From Octopus bimaculoides (Eukaryota), in the NCBI RefSeq assembly GCF_001194135.2, contig NC_068985.1, positions 125,220,075-125,253,982 of the forward strand: a DNA stretch of 33,908 nt, given 5' to 3'. Below the pieces are notes generated by a model. That model searched no databases and was not told where the DNA came from. It saw only the letters and a list, made by a program, of their open reading frames with translations. The translations under genes were made by a program, and so were the position numbers. Of the stretch, positions 1-10,979 are shown in pieces; position 1 is the stretch's first letter; each line of letters starts with the position of its first letter.

Positions 1-194
1 GCTCTTATGTTTACTGTATTGAAAGTGTTTTGCGTAGGATGTGTGCAGTACCCAGTAGTGCAATTTTCTGTTTGTTATATATATTTGTAAGTCCTGCTAT
101 TTTTGTTATGTATTTGTCTGAATATTTTTTTTTATTATACCTAAGGCACCTACTATGATAGGAATTGTTTCTGTTTTTAGATTCCACATTCGAG

Positions 195-196
<2 letters not shown>
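1..196 (-). mobile_element. 5'-truncated R4/Dong-like non-LTR retrotransposon, ORF C-terminus (RLE region); runs off the window
   Basis: Reverse complement translates, with one frameshift in an A-run, to TRMWNLKTETIPIIVGALGIIKK/YSDKYITKIAGLTNIYNKQKIALLGTAHILRKTLSIQ*. It closely matches 4760-4930 at the nucleotide level. The truncated 5' end abuts (AAT)n on the element's sense strand. Confidence 0.85.

Positions 197-268
<72 letters not shown>
197..268. repeat. (ATT)n microsatellite
   Basis: Pure trinucleotide run seen directly. Confidence 0.97.
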
Positions 269-269
<1 letters not shown>

Positions 270-487
270 AGTGGTAGAAACGTTAAGCGCGCTGGACGAA
301 ATGCTTAGCTGTATTTCGCTCGTCGCTACGTTCTGAGTTCAAATTTGCCTTTCATCCATTCAGGGTCGGTAAATTTGGTACCAATGAAACACTGGGGTCA
401 GTGTAATCGACTGTCCGCCTCCCCCAAATTTCAGGCCTCGTGCCTATAATAGAAAGGATTATTATTATTATTATTATTATTATTATT
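269..487 (+). mobile_element. tRNA-derived SINE-A with (ATT)n tail
   Basis: B-box-like GAGTTCAAA, central GCCTTTCATCC..GGGTCG..GTACC..CTGGGGTC..TAATCGACT and tail AGGCCTCGTGCCTATAATAGAAAGG(ATT)n. Alignable by eye to more than 12 other copies in the window. Confidence 0.85.
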
Positions 488-1083
488 GTTATTGAACTTT
501 TTATTGTGTATTTGTCTTTTAAGTGGCATCTACATAAGTGAGTCAGTTGTTGAACGATACAGCCATGACACGCACCATTGACCAGAACTAGTATGTTAGT
601 GCTTTGTTTTACTTAGTAGTGTGAGTCAGGTATTACGGTACCACAACAAAAAGGACACCAACAACATTAATAACGACGATGACAGAATTAACTTGTTATA
701 TGCTAAATGTTTTATTTCTTTACTTTTATTAAACTATGATGACAAGTTGGATTTTGTTTTTTGATTGGGCCGTTTTGGCAATAGTGAGGCCACTGATAAT
801 GTGGTGTTGGCGGTGGTGGTGGTGGTGGTGATGGTGGTTGTGGTGGTGATGCTGTGAGTCAGCGGTTGCACAACTTTGGTGATGTAACATTTATTGGACA
901 ATAGTTTACTTGTTACAGCGTATCATGTACATTCGCACACCTAAAAACCCATTCACCCGCACACACACATATGAATAACATTTTAATGTTCGTTCTTTAT
1001 GTCAAGTTATACATGAAAACAATTTAACATTAAACTGAAGAATTTTCACAATACTTTTTAGCAGAGTACAGTGTTTATGAAGC

Positions 1084-1414
1084 TTTTATACATATATTAG
1101 TGTTTTCGTTCGTCTTTCGAACTTGTCAAATATAATTCTGTGAAAATACAGAGATCTTGCTTATTTATGTAAAACAGGTGTTTTTTGGGGTTTTGTTTAT
1201 AACAGAACATTGTTTTTTTTGGGGGGGGGGGAGGCTTTGGAGATAATTGAAGATGTATTGTCTCCAAAGCCAATAAAAAAAAAACAATGTTCTGTTATAA
1301 ACAAAACCTCAAAAAAACACCTGTTTTATATAAATAAGTAAGATCTCTGTATTTTCACAGAATTATATTTGTCAAGTTCGAAAGGCGAACGAAAGCACTA
1401 ATATATGTATAAAA
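1084..1414. repeat. Long near-perfect inverted repeat (palindrome; MITE/fold-back-like)
   Basis: 1084-1247 pairs with 1257-1414 around a 9-nt loop (TGAAGATGT). There are 7 substitutions, 1 indel and a G-run bulge near 1221-1233. Confidence 0.93.
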
Positions 1415-1493
1415 TAAAGGAAAGAAGTTATTCATTCCAAAATTCTGACGACTTTTTTTTTTCAATATTTAATTCTGTACATCACACCTAACA

Positions 1494-1540
<47 letters not shown>

Positions 1541-1541
1541 G

Positions 1542-1674
1542 TTATTATTCGGATACAAGAATGTTGTTGCCAGTGACTTCGAAGTTTCAGCCAATTAATC
1601 CATCGTCCAACGATGGTGTAGCTGGCCGAATCTTTGAAGTCACAGTCAACAACATTCTTGTATAAGAATAATAA
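1542..1674. repeat. 133-bp imperfect hairpin / inverted repeat
   Basis: TTATTATTCGGATACAAGAATGTTGTTGCCAGTGACTTCGAAG... pairs with ...CTTTGAAGTCACAGTCAACAACATTCTTGTATAAGAATAATAA. The apex is CCATCGT-CCA-ACGATGG centred on 1608. Confidence 0.9.
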
Positions 1675-1907
1675 ATTTGGATTCTACAAAATTATAGAAT
1701 AATTCATCAGATTAATGAAAACTTGTTTTTATTATAACTGAACATAAAAAGAAAGTATCTTTTCTTCAATTTCTTTCACTCTTCACCAATAGGCACACAC
1801 ACATAATGACATAGCTTTCAATGTTTGGATCTTGTGGAATATGATAAAATTAAATCTAAGGAAATCTGCACGTACGCTCATACACATACTCACATTATCC
1901 ATAAGAG

Positions 1908-2083
1908 TAATAATGGCTTCTAATTTAGGCACAAAGCTAATAATTTTGAGGGCAGGATAATTAGCTGATACCGTCAATCCGAGTATTTGACTGGTACTTT
2001 ACTTTCTCCATCCGGGAAGAATGAAAGGTAAAGTTAACCTCGTCGGGAATTGAACTCAGAATGAGTAACGGAACAAATACCGA
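1908..2083 (-). mobile_element. SINE-A, diverged and 5'-truncated
   Basis: Contains ACTGGTACTT..GAATGAAAGGTAAAGTTAACCTCG..GAATTGAACTCAGAA, the reverse complement of the SINE-A core and B-box. Confidence 0.75.
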
Positions 2084-2149
2084 AAATCCTGAACAAATGC
2101 GAAATGTCGTCGCAGGAGTTGTCAGAACGAGGTTGTAGACAGTATCGAA

Positions 2150-2460
2150 CTGCATCAGGAGCGCCGACTCCCGAGTTCGCTTCCAGGTTTACTCCTGAAG
2201 CCTTTCCCAAAGCTGGATATGGCTGCAAGACAGCAGAAGTTTGAAATCAGGTCTTTTCTTCTAGATGGGTTGCCCTCCCAAGCAAACGAACTCAATCTGA
2301 CCGGCTGACTTAATAATTAACTCATAATTAGGACCCCGACAGGTGCTACTATTTCGGGTAAGAGTATACCTCAGAACAGTAGAGGCTAAATGATGATTCC
2401 ACACTGCCCAAAACCCTGAAATTCTCAAGCCAGGGCCCCACTACTGGATATAGTTTAATG
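2150..2460 (+). repeat. Probable interspersed-repeat fragment (RTE-like 5' region)
   Basis: GCAAGACAGCAGAAGTTTGAAATCAGGTC..TTCTAGATGGGTTGCCCTCCCAAG resembles a motif I recall from RTE-clade 5' regions. No protein support. Confidence 0.3.
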
Positions 2461-2812
2461 TTATACTCAGTCATAGCTTCCTGTATTTCATCAAATGTTA
2501 TAGGTCTTTCACAAACTCCGCATTCTTAGCCAAGGGCCGGGACGGGACGTAGAGTCAGTAGATAAAGTCCATCCCATTTCAAACGCGTTGCTCGCTCCGA
2601 ACAGGTAAGCCAAGTGTCACTGAACTGCTTGAAATCGAATAACATACGCTCCTCCCGATCTGTCAAAGACCGAATTGTGGGTTTGTTGGTATGTTATGCC
2701 TCTGCCATAGAATAACTTTCGTTCCTTCGTGTCTTGGAGCAAGTGCCTCATCTCTGAAAATGCAACTGTCGAGCTTCGCATTGAAGAATTGGTCAAGGGC
2801 AATCTCATACAT
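2461..2812 (-). mobile_element. Tx1/L1-like LINE ORF2 internal fragment (between endonuclease and RT)
   Basis: Minus-strand translations ALDQFFNAKLDSCIF..RHEGTKV and ECGVCERPITFDEIQEAM. The latter matches the CEGPIT.EEI.EA motif upstream of the L1/Tx1 RT domain. Stops and frameshifts are present. Confidence 0.55.
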
Positions 2813-3465
2813 AAAAAAATGAGGGGTAAGAAAAGTAAAGAAGTTTGAAATGAGATAAAAGTATACATAATATACAAAATATTTGAACACATCTATGATA
2901 CAGTGTTTCCGATACAAAAGAACCTCCAACTAAGGCCAATCAAAGAACTTCACAGATCCAGGATCACCCTGACCACCAAGTTCTCGAGCTCTCGTCCAAC
3001 TGTTATTCTCCTATCTACATGCACATGTTCAGAGTAAGTGCACTCTCCCTAACCATTTTTCGCCACAGTCATCTATCTTTTTACTGGGAGATTGCACTTC
3101 CGTCTCCACTTTAACTTTCCTATATAAATAGAACTTTAAAATGTCGATGAGGGATTGACCGAAGCGGTGCGAATCTGTCCTCAATGCTTTCAATCTCGTC
3201 CACACACAATCTCTTTCGTCTTAGCTATGAGATAAAGGAACACTGCCTACTCTGCTTTGTTAATGGTGGGCGGGAGACAATCCTACGTTAGACTCTTCGG
3301 ATAGTCAAATTCATCCTACACGCAAGAATTGGCTGTTCGATATAATTCCAGAAGCCAGCAATGCTTGGAAGCTGCACGACTATGTGCAGTGCACTTTCGT
3401 AGCTCTGCTCGGATCTCGAGCAATCCTTTTTAATGGCACCTCAGTGCTTGAAAAAATTTTCTTGG
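2813..3465 (-). mobile_element. Tx1/L1-like LINE ORF2 C-terminus plus 3' UTR
   Basis: Minus strand gives ESALHIVVQLPSIAGFWNYIEQ (decayed zinc-knuckle ET..H...C....W) followed by AVFLYLIAKTKE..WTRLKALRTD..FGQSLIDILKFYLYRKVKVE. Confidence 0.6.
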
Positions 3466-3477
3466 ACCGGGGGTATC

Positions 3478-3705
3478 CAATAACTGTTTCGAATTTTGGT
3501 ACAAGGCCAGTAATATTTTAGGGAGATGGAGCTTAATCGATGACATCGACGCTAGTACTTGACTGGTACTATATTTTACCGACCCCGAAAGGTTGAAGAC
3601 CAAACTTGACCTCGGCAGAATTTGAACTCAGAACGTAAGGAACCCGAAGAAATGCCTATAAACATTTTGTCCGGCTTGCGAATGATTCTACCTACTCGCT
3701 GCCTT
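3478..3705 (-). mobile_element. SINE-A, near full length
   Basis: Core ACTGGTACT..CGACCCCGAAAGG..GACCTCGGCAGAATTTGAACTCAGAACG; the head ends at CTCGCTGCCTT. Confidence 0.85.
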
Positions 3706-3714
3706 AATAATAAT

Positions 3715-3896
3715 GGTTTCAAGAATTGGCAAAAGACCAGCAATTTCGAAGGAGTCGATTAAATCGACAACAGTGCTCAACGTGTACTTATTTTATTGAC
3801 CCACAAAGAATGAAAGGCAAAGACGACCTCAGAGGCATTTGAACCTAGAACGCAAACATTTTGTCCAGTGTGCTAACGATCCTGCCAGCTCGACTT
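3715..3896 (-). mobile_element. SINE-A with internal deletion
   Basis: Same core as other copies; ends GCTAACGATCCTGCCAGCTCGACTT; flanked by (AAT)n on both sides. Confidence 0.82.
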
Positions 3897-3958
3897 AATA
3901 AATAATAATAATGATAATAATAATAATAATAATAATGATAATAATAATAATAATAATG

Positions 3959-4019
<61 letters not shown>

Positions 4020-4062
4020 TAATAATAATAATAATGATAATAATAATGATAATAATAATAAT
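3897..4062. repeat. (AAT)n microsatellite with GAT variants
   Basis: Seen directly. Confidence 0.97.
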
Positions 4063-4188
4063 GGTTTCAAATTTTGCCACAAGGTAGCCATTTTGGAGGA
4101 GAGTATAAGTCGATTACATTGACCCCAGTATTTCACTAGTACTTAATTTATCGATCCCGAAAGGATGAAAGGCAAAGTCGATCTCGGC
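4063..4188 (-). mobile_element. SINE-A 3' part (head missing), fused to a LINE fragment
   Basis: GGTTTCAAATTTTGCCACAAGG..GATCCCGAAAGGATGAAAGGCAAAGTCGATCTCGGC, then an abrupt switch to LINE sequence. Confidence 0.85.
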
Positions 4189-5020
4189 CTTTTCATGGCA
4201 AATACTGGGTTAAACTAAATGCAAAAGAAATAGACAAAGCAAGATCCCAGCAATGGCTGAGAAGCTCAGAACTCAAATCAGAGACTGAAAGATTTTTAAT
4301 TGGAGCACAAGACCAAAGCCTCCTCACCAGAAATTACCAAAAACATATAATGAAAAGAAACATAACAAGTAACTGCCGAATATGTGGAGATGGACAAGAA
4401 ACAATAAAGCATATTGTCACTGGCTGCCCAGTCCTGGCTAAGAAGGAATATATTCACAGACACGACAGAGCTGGGACCTATATACACTGGAAGCTGTGCC
4501 AACACTATGGAATAACAACAGAAAAAAGATGGTATAGGCACACGCCAGAAAAGGTCACATAAAACGAGAAAGCAACAATACTATGGGATATGCCAATACA
4601 CCCAGATAGAGAAATTAAGCACAATATGCCAGATATAGTTGTCAGAGATCATCAAGAATAAAAAAAGCTTTCTAATTGTTGTATCAATACCAAGAGATGA
4701 CAACGTTTCTCTAAAAGAAATGGAGAAACTTTCAAAATACTAAGACCTGGAAATAAACGTTACTCAAATGCGGAGTCTAAAAACAGAAACAATTCCTATC
4801 ATAATAGGCGCATTAGTTATGATAAAAAAATATTCAGACAAATACATAACAAAAATAGCAGGACTAATAAATATATAGCACTACTAGGCATTGCACACAT
4901 CCTACGTAAAACTTTCAGTACGGTAACTATAAGAGTATCACAACAAACCACAGAACATACTCAAAGCATACAGAGCTGCACCCGGTAGCTCAGTGAAAAC
5001 ACGTTATAGAAATAAGACTA

Positions 5021-5023
<3 letters not shown>
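4189..5023 (+). mobile_element. 5'-truncated R4/Dong/Rex6-like non-LTR retrotransposon (CCHC zinc knuckle plus RLE endonuclease), decayed
   Basis: Translates to FHGKYW..AQDQSLLTRNYQKHI..CRICGDGQETIKHIVTGCPVLAKKEYIHRHD..IHWKLC..ILWDMPI..NMPDIV..KEMEKLSKY*DLE..IPIIIGAL..HILRK, with stops. It ends directly in (AAT)n at 5024. Confidence 0.92.
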
Positions 5024-6134
<1,111 letters not shown>

Positions 6135-6353
6135 TGAGAAGTCAAAAAACGAACTTTAGAATGCCGAAATGTTAAATAAAACAGAGAAAATATCCACATA
6201 TATACATATGGTGGGTAAGGGTGATGGAGCTGGTGGTGGCGGAGTGCAGGGTGAGTGAATGGCTTAAAGATGCGTTTCTATGGAAACAAATAAAATTTCC
6301 TATCTTAAGTACGCATCCACTCATCATTTCTCACTTTATAATTGGGTATAAAT

Positions 6354-6891
6354 ACACACACACACACACACACATACTATGTATGCATGCATGCCTGTAT
6401 GTATGTGTGTATATATATATATGTATCCACGTATGCTGGAATGTATGCGAGCTAAGACATACTTTCATGATGGAGGTGTGTATGATATTGATAGAGGAAC
6501 CCTTTCTGACAGACGGATGTGTACGCGCGCGCGCGCACCCACATTTATGTGCGCGTGTCTGGGCATATGTGTAACATATCTAATGAAATGTGGATGTAAA
6601 GGTGAGAAAGATAGATGTAGGGAGAAAATTAAAAAGAAAAAGACGAGGCGGAGAAACAAAGAAAAAACTGAGAGAGAGAGAGAGAGAGAGAAAGAGTGTG
6701 TTTGTTTGTGTGTGTGTGTGTGTGTGTGTATACGTGTGTATGTGTTTGTGTGTTTATATGTATGTGAGGATGCGCTCAAGGAAAGAAAAGTTGAAATGTC
6801 ATGCTAGTAGTACCCAATAACCAGGCCAGTGAGTGTATATGCGCTAAGTTCGAGATTGTATATACATTCGCACGTACGTGTATATATATAT

Positions 6892-6974
<83 letters not shown>

Positions 6975-7124
6975 TATACATATATTTATGTGTATGTATG
7001 TGTGTGTGTATATATACATTGATATATCTGTATTTAATTCATACTAATATGTAATATATAAATATATGCTATTTGCATATACGTATTGCATATACGTACA
7101 CACACACATAGACACACACTCATG

Positions 7125-7159
<35 letters not shown>

Positions 7160-7330
7160 ATAAAAGATGTATCCATTTTTATATTTATATATATATACAC
7201 ACACATATATATGTGCTTGTGTGTTTATGCATGTATGCATGTACACAAACACACACACACACACACACATACATATGTATACGTTCATGCACAAGCAAAT
7301 ATAATGCATAGAGTATGTAGCTGTTATTTG
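6354..7330. repeat. Cluster of (CA)n, (GA)n, (GT)n and (TA)n microsatellites
   Basis: Seen directly; explains the YIYI/CVCV/THTH ORFs. Confidence 0.9.
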
Positions 7331-7622
7331 TGTGTATTGTTACAAGATAATCCTTTTACTGAGTAAATCTGCGGTTAAAAGTATTTCAGCTATGCCCTTA
7401 CTGTTGAAACTTTCTCTTCCTTTATATAACCCCCAAAGGATAATTCTCAGATCAGGAAATTATCTGAAATGTCCAGGGAACATTTCCGACTGAGCTAAAA
7501 ATCTCCTTGTTAGCTTTATGCCTCATTATTTGTATCATCGTGCCCCTGTTAAAAAAAAAAAAATCAACGACTAGCTAAAGGAAACGTTCAGGATGATATC
7601 CGATGCCATTAAGCTACACCTG

Positions 7623-7735
7623 TAAGGCGACGAGTTGCTTAAATCGTTTGCACGCCAGATAAAATGCTTGACGGCATTTCTTCCGGCTTGCTTTACGTTT
7701 TTAGATCAAATTCCATCAAAGTTTACTTTGCATCT
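7623..7735 (+). mobile_element. Highly diverged SINE-A 5' part
   Basis: AAGGCGACGAGTTG..AATCGTTTGCACGCCAGATAAAATGCTTGACGGCATTTC matches the SINE-A head. Confidence 0.55.
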
Positions 7736-8169
7736 GGTTACCAATAATAAGTGCGGCTGCTTCACTCCACATCACGAAGATCAACTACATGCAACGTTAT
7801 TGTATCAGAAACACAAATATTGTTGTACTCTTAAACAAATTACAAAAGCGGCGCCCACCACCTCAAAATTAAAATCAACCGGGGTATTCTATGAATCAGC
7901 AAAACGTAAACTTCAATATTAAGTCATCCTGGCGAAATCTATTTAGGAGTCACACTCACAGCGGTGGGGAACCTGGTTTTGGTGCTCCGTCGAACCGCTA
8001 CCCACTGTCTGTCTTCTAACCAGAAGCAGGGTGCCTTACGGAAATAAATTTAGGTTAAACCATGTCAAGAACAGCGGCTTCAAGGGAGTTAGCATGAATC
8101 CCCTATAAGCCAAGAATGTCAGGTATTCTCACAAAATACGACGCAGTTTACAACCAGTTTGATCATGAG

Positions 8170-8247
8170 TCTCAGAATGTTATGACGGATGAAATGCTGC
8201 TAAGCATTACGTCCGGCGTTTTAACGATTCTGCCAGCCCGCAGCCTT
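8170..8247 (-). mobile_element. SINE-A head fragment
   Basis: GAAATGCTGCTAAGCATT..TTAACGATTCTGCCAGCCCGCAGCCTT. Confidence 0.75.
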
Positions 8248-8262
8248 AATAATGATAATAAT

Positions 8263-8405
8263 CCTTTCTACTCCGGTGCTCAAATGGTACTTATTTTATT
8301 GACAAAAGTTGACCACAGTGAAATTTGAATTCGGAACGTAAGAACGGACGAAATGCCGCTAAGAATTTTGACCGGTGTGCTAACGATTCTACCAGCTCGC
8401 AGCCT

Positions 8406-8406
<1 letters not shown>
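8263..8406 (-). mobile_element. SINE-A with internal deletions
   Basis: CCTTTCTAC tail, TGGTACTTATTTTATTGAC core and GCTAACGATTCTACCAGCTCGCAGCCT head; followed by (ACT)n then (AAT)n. Confidence 0.8.
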
Positions 8407-8451
<45 letters not shown>

Positions 8452-8490
8452 NNNNNNNNNNGTGCTAACGATTCTACCAGCTCGCAGCCT

Positions 8491-8540
<50 letters not shown>

Positions 8541-8730
8541 ATAATAATAATAATAATAAACACACGTATTGAATTTTAGTTATCTTGCTTCTTCTACGAG
8601 ACCCCACTCTTTCTTTGTCTACCTTCACACACACTCTCTCTCTCTCTCTCTCTCTCTGTACATGCATACACACATACACATACACACACACACACAAGTA
8701 TGCGAGATGTATGTGCGATGCTTGTGAGAG

Positions 8731-9244
8731 TTTTAACTTTATTAAGTAACCGCTTGGCATGAATCAAACGGTTTTCCTATGTCTTTGCAGATATGAATTT
8801 GCCTCGTTGCAGTTCGCACGACTTGTATCGAATGTCCTCGTTCCCCATCGTTCTGACAGTCTACTCCGACTCTTGAAATATTTTAGTAATAGTCGTCATA
8901 AATTTTCCGGGATTATCATCGACAACATTTTAAACCCATTGGATGAATTGCAGTGCCCTTATGGTGTCAGAATATTTGAAATATTTCTTTTTCTTTTTGA
9001 TTATTCCTACAAGAGGCTTCCATCCAAAGTTTGTGTACAAAAGATCTCACAAAATTTAGAAAGTTAGCAATTTCTAAATCGTGTGTGTTCCGCACATGTG
9101 GCGACAACAACTACATATCTTTTCATTTCTTGTGTTAGCATTTTGTCTGTCATTTCTTGTGTTTGTATTTTTTCTGAACCTTTTTTATTGGTTCAAAGAA
9201 AGTAACTATTGATAGTTGTCTTGAAATACCCTTCACACTCTGTA
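8731..9244 (-). mobile_element. Tc1/mariner superfamily transposon (maT/DD37D-like), 5' end with N-terminal transposase pseudogene
   Basis: Putative terminus TA|CAGAGTGTG at 9244-9234 and ATG at 9141. Translation with frameshifts and stops: MLTQEMKRYVVVV..DLEIANFLNFVRSFVHKL..SDTIRALQFIQ..VDDNPGKFM..EDIRYKSCELQRGKFISAKT*ENRLIHAKRLLNKVK, matching the DNA-binding region of maT-type transposases as I recall it. The DDD domain is absent. Confidence 0.75.
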
Positions 9245-9329
9245 CATGAATATATACATACCCCCCCCCCACACACACACATAAAGCTCTAACGGGTCTT
9301 GCTCTTCGATAACATTGATAGCAATGAGA

Positions 9330-9585
9330 GCAAGAGATTCATGGGCTTTCAACACAACGTCCTGGAACGTCCTCTCCTGTAATCTGAAGAGGAAATTCTT
9401 GGATCACCTCACCATTTTCCACCATCTTTGTCTTCCACAATGTCTTCATCGCTCTGAATCGGCCTTGATATTTCTTAATTTTTTTTCGGCTTCTTTGGTT
9501 TCCCCTGTATAATGGAGATGGTTTTGCAAAGTCTATGATCTTACACTGCTTGTTACATGTTTTCTCTCCTGGTCGATCAAATAAT
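9330..9585 (-). mobile_element. Very decayed R4-like LINE RLE C-terminal fragment
   Basis: Minus strand gives KIIDFAKP...KEAEKK.KKYQGRFRAMKTLWKTK, similar to the RLE motif IIDFAVP..E.EK.EKYQDL.RE..RLW..K. Confidence 0.5.
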
Positions 9586-9616
9586 TAACTAACCAGTTGC
9601 AAGATTAACCCTTCGA

Positions 9617-9660
9617 CCAACCAACCAACCAACCAACCAACCAACCAACCAACCAACCAC

Positions 9661-9706
<46 letters not shown>

Positions 9707-9722
9707 TATCAATCAATCAATC
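9617..9722. repeat. Compound (CCAA)n(TCAA)n microsatellite
   Basis: Seen directly. Confidence 0.95.
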
Positions 9723-9801
9723 ATCTGGGTTGTCAAAGTAGTTTCGTTGCCATTCGTGACCTCGTCTGTGGTGTACCTTCATAAACTCTATCAGGGGAGG
9801 C

Positions 9802-9940
9802 GGGGCGTAGCTAGGAGTGGGAGCGAGCTGGGCTGTCGCCCCAGCGACGCTTTTATCTGGTGGCAGTTTTAGGTCTGTTGACCTTTATAGGATTGAGGGG
9901 TGGGGGTGGCTACTCAAGAGTTGTCCCAGGCTACACCACT
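9802..9940. mobile_element. Possible short MITE
   Basis: The ends GGGGCGTAGCTAGG and GGCTACACCACT form an imperfect inverted repeat resembling CAGGGGCGTAGC-type TIRs. No TSD found. Confidence 0.3.
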
Positions 9941-10164
9941 ACCTTCCTTGTATGTCTAGAATTTACCTCCGTATAATTCTTCTTTATCCTTTCTTCGCCA
10001 TAGTGGAGGACAAATTTAAAAAGCGTAAATCAGTGATTCTCAATCATCTTTTGCCTAAAGACCCCTTTGATTCCCATTTTACTCGACTGGACTTCCGTAG
10101 CCGTTTGATGTGTATTAAAACAAATCCTGCTATATCTTTATAATTAAATATTAAGAATTACTTT

Positions 10165-10546
10165 TTTACTCTTTTACTTGTTTCAGTCATTTGACTGCGG
10201 CCATGCTGGAGCACCACCTTTAGTCGAGCAAATCGACCCCAGGACTTATTCTTTGTAAGCATAATACTTATTCTATCGGTCTACTTTGCCGAACCGCTAA
10301 GTTACGGGGACGCAAACACACCAGCATGCTGGGAGGGGGACAAACACATACATAAACGCACATACATATATATACATATCCATGAAGGGCTTCTTTCAGT
10401 TTCCGTCTACCAAATCCACTCACAAGGCTTTGGTGGGCCCGAGGCTATAGTAGAAGACACTTGCCCAAGGTGCCACGCAGTGGGACTGAACCTGGAACCA
10501 TGTGGTCGGTAAGCAATCTACTTACCATACAGCCACTCCTGCGCCT
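10165..10546 (-). mobile_element. tRNA-derived SINE-B, full length, with internal microsatellite
   Basis: Sense head AGGCGCAGGAGTGGCTGTATGGTAAG..GGTTCAGTCCC (A/B boxes), CORE-like GGCACCTTGGGCAAGTGTC, internal (TA/CA)n and 3' end GTCAAATGACTGAAACAAGTAAAAGAG. About 10 copies or fragments in the window. Confidence 0.9.
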
Positions 10547-10979
10547 ATATATACACCAATTGTATAAAAAGGTAAAATATTTTGAGTATCGTAGAAGAAT
10601 AAGCAATTTATTACGCATAAATTTTAACAACAAAATCTTACATGGACCTCCAAGGATCATATGGAACCCTGAAGGGCCATATGGTCTCCGGTTGTGAACC
10701 ACTGGATTAAGCCACATAATTTTCTGAAGTACACAAATTGTCCACCCTTGTTCCAATCTTCACGCCCTTCTGCTGACGAAGTTAACTGTGTTCTACCCTT
10801 ATTACAGTTGTTGTCATTGAGCTCCACACCACTGCGTTTCAACCGTGACCACCACCTCTTTTCTTTCTATCTCAGGTTCAATTTTGCAAACTGCTCTTCC
10901 GTTTCTAAAGCGACACTTTTAAGGTTCAAATGAAACTTAGCTGCTATCTAAAGCTACCGTTACATCGAAACCTGCTACA

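Noticed and set aside
6209-6260. ATG..MVGKGDGAGGGGVQ followed by a good donor (G|GTGAGT)
   Set aside because: Very short, lies in GGT-rich low complexity, and has no promoter or downstream exon support.
7438-7487. Two short adjacent hairpins (GATAATT..AATTATC and GAAATGT..ACATTTC), and a similar one near 13246-13267
   Set aside because: Stems of 7-10 bp are expected by chance in AT-rich DNA of this length.
8462-8491. Exact duplicate of the SINE head plus (ACT)n on both sides of a 10-N gap
   Set aside because: This is the typical overlap of unmerged contig ends, so it is likely an assembly artefact rather than a real duplication.
8759-9067. + strand 102-aa ORF with a strong-looking acceptor (TTTTCCTATGTCTTTGCAG)
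   Set aside because: It is antisense to the mariner transposase remnant, which accounts for the sequence.
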